Positions 40,844 through 51,127 of a stretch of DNA of 64,000 bases are shown piece after piece. This DNA is from a virus. The position numbers and the translations under genes were made by a program. The DNA lies in IMG/VR virus record IMGVR_UViG_3300032116_000104, positions 20,373-84,372 of that record, one strand, 5' to 3'. Below the pieces are notes generated by a model. It worked only from the letters and a program-made list of their open reading frames with translations. It ran no database searches and was not told the DNA's origin. Every line of letters begins with the position of its first letter. Position 1 is the first letter of the stretch.

Positions 40844-41161
40844 ATGGACACCATAAAGTTTCCGATTTCTTTTGATTCCACTGGTTTCAATAAACTTGAA
40901 GAAGGAACATACGATTATTACAGACAACTATTGACAATTGCCCTGCTCACTGAGCCTGGGGACAATCCTTTGACCCCAGACTTTGGTGTTGCCGACCCTG
41001 CATTCAATGGCCTTGACGGCGGGTTGTTTATCTACAATGCTGCAAGATTTGTTCCAGAAGTCAATGTTAGGGACGTATCCTCAAGTGTTAACGAAAAGAC
41101 TGGCAAATACTCTGTAAAATTCACTTTTGACATACGAGAGGTCGCAGACGATGCCAATTGA
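40844..41161 (+). CDS. Baseplate wedge (gp25-like)
   Basis: LLTEPGD.P..PDFG, F.PEV. Confidence 0.8.
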   Translation: MDTIKFPISFDSTGFNKLEEGTYDYYRQLLTIALLTEPGDNPLTPDFGVADPAFNGLDGGLFIYNAARFVPEVNVRDVSSSVNEKTGKYSVKFTFDIREVADDAN

Positions 41162-42350
41162 TTATTCTGACTACATTGACCTCACGGTCTTTAATGAGGC
41201 TCCATCGGATATTTATCTAGAATCCCTTGAGTATGCCCGTCTGTTGATGCCAGAACTGACTATTCGTCAGGGCACGCCAGAGGATGCAATTCTTCAGGCA
41301 TGTGCATATATTGGCTCTGCGAACCTGAGTGCCATCAATTCATTGCCCAACAGACTGATGAGTGGTGTTCTCAATCTTCTTGGCGTACCAAGAAATGAAG
41401 GGGAATTCCCACTCATTGAGGTTGAATTCACTGCCGCCACTCACGATGGAGCAGTTATTGAGGCTGGAACTCTCTTGAGATACGACTTTAACCTTTTGGA
41501 GCCGCCAATAACCGTATATTTTGAGACTACGGAAGAGTTGCAGATTGCAGCAATAACAAATACTGGCAATACCCCCCTTCCGACTGGAATAGTTGAGGCA
41601 AGGGGTACAGAGGCTCTTGTTCTTCTTCCAGTAGATAACGGTTCTCTTCTTGCCATTGAATCTACTAATGCTGACATTTATACGGCCACTATTGACTCAA
41701 CAACAGAACAGGGAATTGAGCCAGAATCTGATGACGAGTATCTGAACCGTGCATCAACGTACATAGGCTCTTTGTCTTCATCGTTTGGTAAGGCTTCACA
41801 GATTGAGGCGTTTATTCTGTCCACGTTTCCAGCAGTCAGTAGGGTAAAGGTTTATGACCTGACAGACCATACTGGTGGCCTTGACTTTGCCGACGCTGCC
41901 GAACCTGGACATATCACCATCTTCGTTTATGGCCGTGGAGCAACTTTGTCTTCCGCAGTCAAGTACGAGATTCTTACAGAAGTTGCCGATAGGGCAATCG
42001 CTGGCTTAACTATTGGTGTTCTTGATGTCGTGCTAGCAGATTTGGACGCCACCATTGATGCCGTCTATGACCCAGCATTTGACCCGCTCATTGTTGAAGA
42101 AAATATCAAGGAAGCGGTTGATGTTGCAGTTAATGCTTCTTCATATTCCTTCACTGACAAACTGCGCAGAAACTCCCTCATTCCAGTAATTAGTGACGTA
42201 CCTGGAGTGCTATTTGTCTCGTCAATTACGCTGAGTAATAACGATGCTAACTCCACAATAGTCAGCGGTGAAGCGGAGTTTGCACAGAAAGGCACTCTTC
42301 CAGAAATTGCATCTGTAAACATAACGGTCAACCTAACTGTCAATCAGTAG
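41151..42350 (+). CDS. Baseplate J-like protein
   Basis: IEAGT, G.EPESDDEY..R, PG.ITIFV, I..VPGV..V. Confidence 0.85.
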   Translation: MPIDYSDYIDLTVFNEAPSDIYLESLEYARLLMPELTIRQGTPEDAILQACAYIGSANLSAINSLPNRLMSGVLNLLGVPRNEGEFPLIEVEFTAATHDGAVIEAGTLLRYDFNLLEPPITVYFETTEELQIAAITNTGNTPLPTGIVEARGTEALVLLPVDNGSLLAIESTNADIYTATIDSTTEQGIEPESDDEYLNRASTYIGSLSSSFGKASQIEAFILSTFPAVSRVKVYDLTDHTGGLDFADAAEPGHITIFVYGRGATLSSAVKYEILTEVADRAIAGLTIGVLDVVLADLDATIDAVYDPAFDPLIVEENIKEAVDVAVNASSYSFTDKLRRNSLIPVISDVPGVLFVSSITLSNNDANSTIVSGEAEFAQKGTLPEIASVNITVNLTVNQ

Positions 42351-42352
42351 CC

Positions 42353-43540
42353 ATGGCCAGGACGCTCCAGAGACTCACAGAGCGACAGGCTCTCTACAAC
42401 GTCAATATTATTGGCGCGCCTTTGCCTATTGCTGACTACAATCTTTCAACTTATTGGACAGTTACCAACGGCACCGCATCGCTCATCAATGATGACTTCT
42501 TTGTAAGTAATAGATATGTGATGAAGATTATTCCTTCATCCTCTGCGCCAGTAACTATTAGTACGAATGCAACAAACGGAATCCTGGAGGGAGATAGCGG
42601 ACTCAACATTGTCTTTACGTCTGTCTTTAAGTTTGGAGTCAATGCTGCACAGACAGAAACGAAAATATACAAAAACTCAGAGATAGTTGCTGGGGAGACA
42701 AAAGCACACAATGCATCCGTCTGGAGTGTTGTTCGCTCCAACAGAATGACCTATCAATACTCAGTTGGGACAACGGTTACAGCCAAGGTTGAAGTTTCAA
42801 ATCATGGCTCTCAACCGATTTACATGACGATGCCAGCCGTGGTAAATGACGACGCATTCATCAATGCTCCAGCGGTTCTGGCATCAAAGGTTTATATGCC
42901 TGACTTTTACTGGCAGTTTGATGGTCAGTCCGTCAGCCCAACTTACCCTCTCTTCAGGTTTGTGGATATCTGTACATGGCCGATTTCAGAGGCTGCACAG
43001 ATGTATGCCAACTGGTTTGAGTATGAAACTGGTGAACTGCCATACAACACTTCTCGTGATGATTTGAGAACAAGAAGCGCCCTTCTTCATCCAGACAACT
43101 TCTATCTCGCTTATAGAAACTGGATATGGCAATTCATCGGCTCTCCATTTTTAAGAAACGTCTATGACCCAGCAGATAACGCGGCTTACATTGCTGACGA
43201 AGAGGAGTACGCCAGGTGGCAGGCCAGAACTGCACACTTCGGGCATGGGGCTGGTAGCAGGAAAGCCATCAGGGAAGCAGCGGAATTCGTTTTGTCTGGA
43301 ACTAAAACTGTTGTTATTACACCCAAATTTAGCGGAGACCCTTTTCAGATTTCCGTCAAGACTCTGGTATCTGAAACACCAGACGTTGCTATGGATGGTG
43401 ATGTAAGCGCAGCCGTCCTGGCTGCCGTTGAGTCAGCGAGACCAGTAGGTTTCAAGATTGTTCATGAAGCAGTTGATGAAATCATCTTCACGCTTGACGA
43501 TATTGAGCAGGGACTGCTTGACGTTGGACAACTTGGATAA
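42353..43540 (+). CDS. Baseplate wedge/tail protein I-like
   Basis: W..QFIG, GS..AI.EA, ARPVG; follows J. Confidence 0.65.
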   Translation: MARTLQRLTERQALYNVNIIGAPLPIADYNLSTYWTVTNGTASLINDDFFVSNRYVMKIIPSSSAPVTISTNATNGILEGDSGLNIVFTSVFKFGVNAAQTETKIYKNSEIVAGETKAHNASVWSVVRSNRMTYQYSVGTTVTAKVEVSNHGSQPIYMTMPAVVNDDAFINAPAVLASKVYMPDFYWQFDGQSVSPTYPLFRFVDICTWPISEAAQMYANWFEYETGELPYNTSRDDLRTRSALLHPDNFYLAYRNWIWQFIGSPFLRNVYDPADNAAYIADEEEYARWQARTAHFGHGAGSRKAIREAAEFVLSGTKTVVITPKFSGDPFQISVKTLVSETPDVAMDGDVSAAVLAAVESARPVGFKIVHEAVDEIIFTLDDIEQGLLDVGQLG

Positions 43541-43599
43541 TTGCCTTCTATAAGACGGAGACACAATCGTCTATAATCAAATAAAACCTTGGAGAAAAG

Positions 43600-43977
43600 A
43601 TGATTGCTGGCATCTACAACATGCTGATTGAGCAGGGGACCACTTTTGTGCGGTCCTTTAATATTCAGTACCCAGACCCAGAAGACCCCGAGGTGTACCT
43701 GAACTACGACCTGACGGGCTACACCGCCAGAATGCAGATTAGAAGAACTATTGACTCTTCAACTGCCATAGTCACATGTACGACGGAAAACGGAAGAATA
43801 AGCATTGATGACGAAAATGGGGTCGTCACGGTCAGTATGACCGATGAGGTCACTTCTGCCATCACAACAAGCGGCGTGTATGACCTAGAGATAGAGGACG
43901 CTAGCGGCAATGTGTCCAGGGTTGTTCAGGGAACGGTAACGCTTTCACCAGAGGTCACAAGAGTGGTTGCACCATGA
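43600..43977 (+). CDS. Minor virion structural protein
   Basis: IEQGTTF, DLTGYTARMQIR, GVYDLEI, V.LSPEVTR. Confidence 0.75.
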   Translation: MIAGIYNMLIEQGTTFVRSFNIQYPDPEDPEVYLNYDLTGYTARMQIRRTIDSSTAIVTCTTENGRISIDDENGVVTVSMTDEVTSAITTSGVYDLEIEDASGNVSRVVQGTVTLSPEVTRVVAP

Positions 43978-44348
43978 CAAGTGCTGTCCCAAATGTTGTC
44001 ATTGTCCAGCAGGACACCCCTAATGCAGTAAATATCAACCAAGACAGCCCCAACTGGGTAAATGTCCAGCAGGACACTCCCAGTCAAGTCATTATTGAAC
44101 AAGATGCGCCCAATCAGGTCATTGTGCGAACTGGCGGAATGGCCAGCACCACCACCGTGCGTCATGTCCACACTCAGGCCTCTCCAGCCCTGGAGTGGAC
44201 AATCAACCACACTCTTGGGGGAAAGCCGCAGGTAACTGTTGTGGATTCTGCGGATACCGTCGTCGTTGGTGATGTAACATATAACGGAACGACGCAGGTG
44301 ATTCTTTCATTTACGGCGGCATTCTCTGGGTTTGCATATCTCACGTAA
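43974..44348 (+). CDS. Minor virion structural protein
   Basis: HTQ..PA..WTI.H.LG..P.VTVVD...FSGFAYL. Confidence 0.75.
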   Translation: MTSAVPNVVIVQQDTPNAVNINQDSPNWVNVQQDTPSQVIIEQDAPNQVIVRTGGMASTTTVRHVHTQASPALEWTINHTLGGKPQVTVVDSADTVVVGDVTYNGTTQVILSFTAAFSGFAYLT

Positions 44349-44358
44349 GGGCGAATAA

Positions 44359-45831
44359 ATGGCAACAAGATTTGTAACAAATCTAGACCTTGTTCAGAAT
44401 CAAATCCTGAATGGTCGTTTTGAGTCGGTTTCATCCGACCCTGCAACCAACAACTTTGAAGGGCGGATGATTTACAACAGCACCGAGGACACCATCAAGG
44501 TGTACACGGGCTCCGCATGGCGCAAGATGATTCACGCCGTCCAGGCGGCTGGAACATACACCGACGCCATCACTGTTACTGAGTCCAATGGAACAGTCAG
44601 CATTACGCTAAATCTCGCTGATACCGACTCCGCAGGTCTCCTGTCTTCAACTTTTTGGAACCTACTCAACGGCGCGACATCCGACGCAACGAATTCCACG
44701 CTCGTCAAGCGCGATTCCGCAGGCAATATCAAGGTTGCCGAGCCGACCGACCCAGCACATGCCGCCACAAAGGCGTATGTTGACGCCGCCCGCTCGGGCC
44801 TTGATGTCAAGCAATCTGTTCGTGCGGCCACCACCGACCCGCTCACAATTGCCTCAGACCTTGAGGCTGGAGATACGCTTGACACAACAGTCACACTCGT
44901 TGCTGGTGACCGTGTTCTCGTCAAGAACCAGTCAACCGCATCAGAAAACGGCATTTATGTTGTTCAAGCGTCTGGTGCTGCTGTTCGCGCAACTGACTTT
45001 GACTCCACAGCAGAGGTGACGCCTGGAGCGTTCACCTTCGTTGAAGAGGGAACCGTCAATGCCGATTCTGGTTGGGTGCTCACTACCAACGGCACAATTA
45101 CTGTCGGAACTACTGCTCTTGCCTTTGCCCAGTTCTCTGGTGCTGGCTCAATTACGGCTGGAAACGGTCTTACCAAGACTGGCAACACGATTGATGTTGT
45201 CGGTACGACTGACCGCATCACTGCCAATGCTGACTCCATTGACATCGCTTCTACATATGTGGGACAAAGCAGCATCACAACGCTTGGCACGATTACCACT
45301 GGTACGTGGGACGCGACTACGGTTGCCGTTACTGCTGGTGGTACTGGTGTTGAGTCGTTTACCGACAACGGCGTTGTTTACGGGGATGGCACCAACTCTC
45401 TTGATGTAACAGCCGCTGGTACTCAGTATCAGGTTCTGCAGGCTGGTTCTGGTGGCGTTCCAGAGTTTGGTGCCGTCAATATCGGTCAGGCTGCTGCCAT
45501 TACTGGAACACTACCGATTGGTAATGGCGGTACGAATGCCACCACTCAGGCTGGTGCCCGCGACAACCTTGCCGCTGGGGGAACGCAAGGTTCTGGTGTT
45601 TCTACCCCAACCCTTGCTCGCAAGGTCGCAAAGACTGTTGGCAACGGAGTGGACACATCGTTCACTCTTGTTCACTCTTTCAATACGAGAGATGTTCTCA
45701 TTCAGGTTTTTGATGCGAGTTCGTATGACACGGTTATTGCCGACACGATTCGCACAGATGCCGACACGGTAACAATCACATTCTCAACAGCACCATCGTC
45801 CAACGCATTCCGCGTGGTCGTAATTGGATAG
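44359..45831 (+). CDS. Tail fibre/minor structural protein
   Basis: AATKAYVD, GLDVKQSVRAATT, GDRVLVKNQ...ENGIY. Confidence 0.8.
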   Translation: MATRFVTNLDLVQNQILNGRFESVSSDPATNNFEGRMIYNSTEDTIKVYTGSAWRKMIHAVQAAGTYTDAITVTESNGTVSITLNLADTDSAGLLSSTFWNLLNGATSDATNSTLVKRDSAGNIKVAEPTDPAHAATKAYVDAARSGLDVKQSVRAATTDPLTIASDLEAGDTLDTTVTLVAGDRVLVKNQSTASENGIYVVQASGAAVRATDFDSTAEVTPGAFTFVEEGTVNADSGWVLTTNGTITVGTTALAFAQFSGAGSITAGNGLTKTGNTIDVVGTTDRITANADSIDIASTYVGQSSITTLGTITTGTWDATTVAVTAGGTGVESFTDNGVVYGDGTNSLDVTAAGTQYQVLQAGSGGVPEFGAVNIGQAAAITGTLPIGNGGTNATTQAGARDNLAAGGTQGSGVSTPTLARKVAKTVGNGVDTSFTLVHSFNTRDVLIQVFDASSYDTVIADTIRTDADTVTITFSTAPSSNAFRVVVIG

Positions 45832-45840
45832 GAGAAAACA

Positions 45841-46026
45841 ATGAAACTAACTAAAGAGCACAAGGCAATGCTGGCTTCATACGCTCGTAGCGTTCTTGGC
45901 GCTGGTGTGGCGGTTTACGCCTCAACTGGTGACCTCAAGGCTGCTGCCAACGCCCTCTGGGCGGCTGCACTGCCAGTTATCATGCGTTATCTCAACCCGA
46001 ACGACCAGGCTTTCGGGCGCAAGTAA
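45841..46026 (+). CDS. Holin-like small membrane protein
   Basis: SYARS...two TM segments...LNPND.AFG. Confidence 0.65.
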   Translation: MKLTKEHKAMLASYARSVLGAGVAVYASTGDLKAAANALWAAALPVIMRYLNPNDQAFGRK

Positions 46027-46068
46027 TCAAAGGCCCTGAGGGGCCGATAGTAAGGAGCGATTGAGGTC

Positions 46069-48747
46069 GTGACCAGGTTTGTAGGCACTCCGCTTACGGG
46101 TATTGAATTTGCCAGCGCCAGTAGCGAGGCATTTTCTGCTCGTGTTGATGAGGACAGTAATCCCCGCATTCGTATTGATGCTGGTGGACGAATCACTTGG
46201 TCATCTGGTGCTGCTTCTGGTGATGTCATTCTTGAAAGAAGTGCCGCCGACACTTTGTCTCTTGGGTCTGGGGATACATTCAAGACTCCAGTTATTTATG
46301 TAGACAATATTGAGATTGACCCGACTGGCGCCACGACTGGTCAAGTTCTCAAGTTTGATGGCGTGAAGTTTGCTCCCGCTGCCGACGCCACTGGTTCTGG
46401 TGGTTCTTCTAATCTTGACGACCTTCTTGATGTTGTCATTATCTCAGCGACCACTGGACAATTCCTTAAGTTCAATGGAACCAATTGGGTCAACAGCGCA
46501 ATCGCTCTTGACGATTTGTCGGATGTCGTTATTACTTCTCCAGAAGAGTTCCAAGGTCTTTCCTACAACGGAACATCTTGGGTGAATAGCCATATACCGC
46601 TTGTTTCTTATGTGCGCAATGCTGAGTCAACAACCATCACGACTGGAACATGCGTCTATCTTTTCGGTTCTACAGGCGACCACGCGACAGTCAAGAGAGC
46701 CGACAACGACTCCGATGCTACATCGTCCAAAACCATTGGTGTTGCTGGAGCAAACATTGCCGCTAGTCAAAATGGACCGATTATTACCCGTGGTTATGTT
46801 GATGGAATTGACCTTTCTACTGGTTATGACGCTGGCGACATTCTGTGGCTTGGTGAGGATGGCGGTTTTACAAAAACCAAGCCAACCGCACCCGAGCATA
46901 TAGTTTTCATTGGTGTAGTTGTTCGTGCAACCAGCAACGGCATCATTTATGTTGCGACACAAAACGGTTATGAACTTGACGAACTTCATGATGTTTCTAT
47001 CGCCAGTAGAACCTCTGGAGATTTTCTCAAGTACAACGGAACCCTGTGGGTTAACGACCAAATTGACCTTGGAACCGACACCGTTGGCAACTATATGGTT
47101 GATGTTTCTGCTGGTACTGGTGTAACGGTTACCCATACTCCATCAGAGGGCTCTACAGCCACTATCGCAATTGGTCAGGCTGTCGCCGCTACGGATTCTC
47201 CAACCTTTGCTGGGTTGACCATTAATGGACCAAGTATCGTTTTTGAAGGTGCTACTGCTGATTCTTTTGAGACGACACTGACTGTTGCAGACCCAACGAC
47301 TTCAGATAAAACAGTAACAATCCCCAATACAACTGGAACGCTTATCACAACTGGTGATACTGGAACCGTTACCAGCACGATGATTGCTGACAGCACAATT
47401 GTCAATGGGGACATAAGTGCTTCGGCTGCTATTGCTCTGTCAAAACTTGCTTCTGGAACATCAGGACAGATTGTTGTTGCGAATGCTTCTGGTGTCCCAA
47501 CATATACAACCGTATCTGGTGACATAACCATTAGCGACACTGGAGTGGCGGCTATTGCGGCAAACTCCGTTGCTCTTGGTACGGACACAACTGGTAACTA
47601 CGTGTCTGATGTGTCCGCTGGTACGGGCGTAACAGTCACCCATACGCCAGGAGAAGGTTCCACTGCAACTGTCGCAATTGGGCAGGCTGTCGCCGCTACG
47701 GATTCACCCACTTTTGCTGGATTAACAGCCGATAATGTCAAAATTGGCGTTACCGCTGCAGGTGAAATTGATACATCTACTGGAAACCTCACAATTGATT
47801 CCGCTGGCGGAACAGTAACGGTTGACGACAATCTAATCGTTACAGGTGACCTTACCGTCCAAGGAACAACCACGACAATTGAGACAACAAATCTCAATGT
47901 TGAAGACAACATCATTACCCTCAACTACGGCTATACGGGAACGCCAACAACACTGACTTCTGGAATAGAAGTTGAGCGTGGTACCGCTTCAAATGTTTCC
48001 ATCCGATGGAATGAACCTACTTCCACTTGGCAGTACACGGCAGACGGCACTCTATTTAACGACATCGGAAATACCAGTATAACTATCAGTGATTCTGCTC
48101 CATCGTCTCCTTCTGCTGGAGATTTGTGGTTTGAATCAGACTCTGGAAAAACATTTGTTTATTATGATTCTTTCTGGGTTGAGGTTGCTGGTGGTTCTGG
48201 TCCTATTGGTCCTCCTGGAATCATTGACGACCCTGGCAGAAAGATTGGTGAGTATTATGGCACCGTCGCAGCCAGCACCACCAGCCTTACGATGGTTGAG
48301 GACCGAACGTATTTCGCCCCCATTTACATCGGTACATCCACAACATTTGACCGCATCGGCATCCGCACACACTCCACATTCTCTGGTACTGCCACCGTCC
48401 GTCTCGGCGTCTACAATAACGGCGGCGGCGAACCCGCGACCGTGAGGTTTGACGCTGGTACCGTGTCCTGCACCGCCGCCAGCACGTTTTATCCCATCAC
48501 AATCAGCCAGACCCTCCCTGCTGGGTGGTACTGGCTGGCCTGCAATAGTCAAACAAACGCCACCACGAACACGTTTACCTCAACCTCGTTGGGAATAAAC
48601 TTCGGCATTCTAAAATACCCCTCTAATGGAGCCATCAACTTCACCGCCGCGCATTGGTACGAAGCGTCTGTTACGGGGGCTTTTGCTACGGCTGGCACCC
48701 TCGTACAGTCAGCAGAAACCCCCATTGTCGTAATGAGGACAGCATGA
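46069..48747 (+). CDS. Tail fibre protein
   Basis: LDDL.DV repeats, G.FLK.NGT.WVN, VEDNIITLN, GDLWFESD.G. Confidence 0.8.
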   Translation: MTRFVGTPLTGIEFASASSEAFSARVDEDSNPRIRIDAGGRITWSSGAASGDVILERSAADTLSLGSGDTFKTPVIYVDNIEIDPTGATTGQVLKFDGVKFAPAADATGSGGSSNLDDLLDVVIISATTGQFLKFNGTNWVNSAIALDDLSDVVITSPEEFQGLSYNGTSWVNSHIPLVSYVRNAESTTITTGTCVYLFGSTGDHATVKRADNDSDATSSKTIGVAGANIAASQNGPIITRGYVDGIDLSTGYDAGDILWLGEDGGFTKTKPTAPEHIVFIGVVVRATSNGIIYVATQNGYELDELHDVSIASRTSGDFLKYNGTLWVNDQIDLGTDTVGNYMVDVSAGTGVTVTHTPSEGSTATIAIGQAVAATDSPTFAGLTINGPSIVFEGATADSFETTLTVADPTTSDKTVTIPNTTGTLITTGDTGTVTSTMIADSTIVNGDISASAAIALSKLASGTSGQIVVANASGVPTYTTVSGDITISDTGVAAIAANSVALGTDTTGNYVSDVSAGTGVTVTHTPGEGSTATVAIGQAVAATDSPTFAGLTADNVKIGVTAAGEIDTSTGNLTIDSAGGTVTVDDNLIVTGDLTVQGTTTTIETTNLNVEDNIITLNYGYTGTPTTLTSGIEVERGTASNVSIRWNEPTSTWQYTADGTLFNDIGNTSITISDSAPSSPSAGDLWFESDSGKTFVYYDSFWVEVAGGSGPIGPPGIIDDPGRKIGEYYGTVAASTTSLTMVEDRTYFAPIYIGTSTTFDRIGIRTHSTFSGTATVRLGVYNNGGGEPATVRFDAGTVSCTAASTFYPITISQTLPAGWYWLACNSQTNATTNTFTSTSLGINFGILKYPSNGAINFTAAHWYEASVTGAFATAGTLVQSAETPIVVMRTA
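47071..47728 (+). repeat. Internal ~150-bp direct repeat (47071-47220 and 47578-47728)
   Basis: GTDT.GNY..DVSAGTGVTVTHTP.EGSTAT.AIGQAVAATDSPTFAGLT occurs twice. Confidence 0.9.
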
Positions 48748-49013
48748 GCCGTATTGTTACTTTTGGCCTTGGCGGGTACTGTAAAGATTGTGACCCGAGC
48801 CACGACCACCCCCTTCACAACATTGTTGAGGATGTGGTGGTTCCAGATGAGCCACAGCAGCCCCTATATGGCATTGCTCTTGTGGCTACACTGAATGCCG
48901 TGCTTGGCATATGGGGTCTTGAGGACGCAGCAAATATTGCTGGAGTTAGTCAAGATGATTTGATAGCCGAGGCGCAGGCTTGGCAAGTTGCTGGAGAGAA
49001 CAATGGCAATTGA
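48744..49013 (+). CDS. Small tail-fibre-associated protein
   Basis: ATGA overlap; FGLGGYC..C...H.HPLHN. Confidence 0.7.
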   Translation: MSRIVTFGLGGYCKDCDPSHDHPLHNIVEDVVVPDEPQQPLYGIALVATLNAVLGIWGLEDAANIAGVSQDDLIAEAQAWQVAGENNGN

Positions 49014-49536
49014 TTTTCCCAACTCACCCACACTTAATCAAATCTTTACTGATAGTGGTAAGACATGGACATATGACGGTGAAAAATGGGTAAGCACCAA
49101 TCTTGCATCATTAGTAGGAGCAAAGGCTTACAGGTCGTCAAACCTGTCCAGAGCAAACAACTCTTTCGTCAACCTCTCCTTCAATGCTCAAGAGTACGAC
49201 ACTCATGCCTTCTTTGCTCCAACCTCAACCGACATGACAATTCCTTCTGGGCTAGATGGGTATTATCTTGTTCAGGGCTCCATTGAGTTTGCAGCCAATG
49301 CAACTGGTCTAAGAGAAGCAGGAATCCAGTTGAACGGCACAAACCTAACATATGTTTTTATACCTAGTGCTGGTTCTGTTTTTGCAACAATAGTCAATCT
49401 ATCTGCCATTGTTTATTGTGTGGCTACCGATGTCTTGACATTGGATAGTTATCAAAACTCTGGTGGTGCTTTGAACATTCTTGGGGCTTCCGTGCCTTCT
49501 CGTACTTGGTTTGCAATAACATTCTTGGGAGCGTAA
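49003..49536 (+). CDS. Tail fibre protein with C1q/TNF-like beta domain
   Basis: MAIDFPNSP...WTYDG.KW; TIP.G..GYYLV.G. Confidence 0.7.
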   Translation: MAIDFPNSPTLNQIFTDSGKTWTYDGEKWVSTNLASLVGAKAYRSSNLSRANNSFVNLSFNAQEYDTHAFFAPTSTDMTIPSGLDGYYLVQGSIEFAANATGLREAGIQLNGTNLTYVFIPSAGSVFATIVNLSAIVYCVATDVLTLDSYQNSGGALNILGASVPSRTWFAITFLGA

Positions 49537-49767
49537 ATGGAAGTTATTCTTTACTTTGCTGGCTTTGGTGAAGAGCCAGATGCAGATGAACTCCGCAGTC
49601 GTATGCGCAGCGAGCGTAATCGCTTGCTTGCAGAATCAGACTGGACGCAACTCCCAGACGCCACGGTAGATAAGGCAGCATGGGCTGCGTATCGTCAAGA
49701 GTTAAGGGACGCTACAGACGGCTGGGAACCAGCAGTGGTCTGGGTTGCCCCAGCCAAACCAGCCTGA
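49537..49767 (+). CDS. Tail fibre assembly chaperone-like protein
   Basis: R.ERNRLL.ESDWTQLPD...W..YRQ.LRD. Confidence 0.8.
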   Translation: MEVILYFAGFGEEPDADELRSRMRSERNRLLAESDWTQLPDATVDKAAWAAYRQELRDATDGWEPAVVWVAPAKPA

Positions 49768-49783
49768 ATGCTAAAATAAGAGC

Positions 49784-50374
49784 ATGAAATACCCCTCAAT
49801 AAAACTCGTACTCCCCAAGGAACTCGCAAAGGTCCAGAACGGGAAACTCCCAGCCAATCTTCTCAAGAAGACGGCAATTGGCGGAAGGATGTACCACTGG
49901 GCGACTTTTGCCTTTGACATCATGAATGCCGAGGCAAAGAAGGCTGGCATTGAACTCGCCAACATCGGTGACTACCGCCCGTATGAGGGTCAGTTGTCCA
50001 TGTTCATGGACCGCTACTCGCAGACCGACACGGGCCGCAAGCCCACGGTGACGCGCAAGTTTGAGGGAAAGACCTGGTTCCTCAAGAAGGGGAAATCACC
50101 CTCGGGAACCCCTGGATTTTCCAATCATGGCATGGGTTTGGCGATTGATTTAGGAGTGAAAAAGAAGGGCAAGGTTGTTTCCCTTGCTTCTGACCCGAAG
50201 GTGATGCAGTGGATGTGCGACAACGCTCCCAAGTACGGCTTCTACCTGCAGGTCTCCGACCCAAAGAACCCAGAGTTTGAGGCATGGCACTGGCAGTACG
50301 CAGTTGGCGACAGCCTGCCACAGCCGTCAAAGGACCTGCTCGCTTACTTTGCAGCCGCCAAGAAGGGTAAGTAA
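49784..50374 (+). CDS. Endolysin, M15 (VanY-like) peptidase
   Basis: YR.Y..Q, PG.SNHG.GLAID, EAWHW. Confidence 0.88.
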   Translation: MKYPSIKLVLPKELAKVQNGKLPANLLKKTAIGGRMYHWATFAFDIMNAEAKKAGIELANIGDYRPYEGQLSMFMDRYSQTDTGRKPTVTRKFEGKTWFLKKGKSPSGTPGFSNHGMGLAIDLGVKKKGKVVSLASDPKVMQWMCDNAPKYGFYLQVSDPKNPEFEAWHWQYAVGDSLPQPSKDLLAYFAAAKKGK

Positions 50375-50447
50375 GCCAACTATTTACATTTGGTGAGGCA
50401 TCACTGAAGTAAAATTGGTTCAATTCTCCTAAGGAATAGAGGCTTTC

Positions 50448-51125
50448 ATGGCTGGTCTTGGTGCCAAAACATTTACACCGTCTGAGGTGCTTACAGCGGC
50501 TGATGTCAACGGCTACTTCATGGACCAGGTTATTTGTAACTTCGCAGATATTGCTGCCGCAGATACTTTTTTTACGGCCAATCCATCTAGAAAGTTTGTT
50601 GGAAGAGTCATCTTCGCAGAGGACGAAGAAGCCCTCTATATCTGGGACGGAAGCGCATGGACCGCCCAGACGGCGATTATTGCTGATGGCTCAATTACCA
50701 CAGCAAAACTTAACCAAACAGCGTCTTCTGAAGCAGTAACTACGGCAACCATCAGAAACCTCAATGTCACTACTGCCAAGATTGCTGACCAGGCGGTTAC
50801 ATCCGCCAAACTCGGTCCAGTTGAAATTACTAGCATCACCACCAATACGACGTTAGCCCTAGTTCACTATGGAAAGATGCTAAGAGTCAATTCATCATCC
50901 GCAGTTACACTGACCGTTCCAGATAATGGAACTGTTGCATTCGCTACTGGTACAGAGATTTATGTTGTTCGCTATGGCACTGGAACTGTGACTTTTGCTG
51001 AAGGGTCTGGTGTCACGATTCTATCAGACACGAGCAGAAAGAACATCAAAACCCAATACTCAAGTGCCTCGGTGGTCAAGTTAGACACCAATGAGTGGTT
51101 GCTTACTGGCAACTTGGCGGATTAA
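50448..51125 (+). CDS. Minor tail/fibre protein
   Basis: F...EVLTAADVN; ITTAKL repeats; C-terminal W.L.GNL. Confidence 0.7.
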   Translation: MAGLGAKTFTPSEVLTAADVNGYFMDQVICNFADIAAADTFFTANPSRKFVGRVIFAEDEEALYIWDGSAWTAQTAIIADGSITTAKLNQTASSEAVTTATIRNLNVTTAKIADQAVTSAKLGPVEITSITTNTTLALVHYGKMLRVNSSSAVTLTVPDNGTVAFATGTEIYVVRYGTGTVTFAEGSGVTILSDTSRKNIKTQYSSASVVKLDTNEWLLTGNLAD

Positions 51126-51127
51126 TA

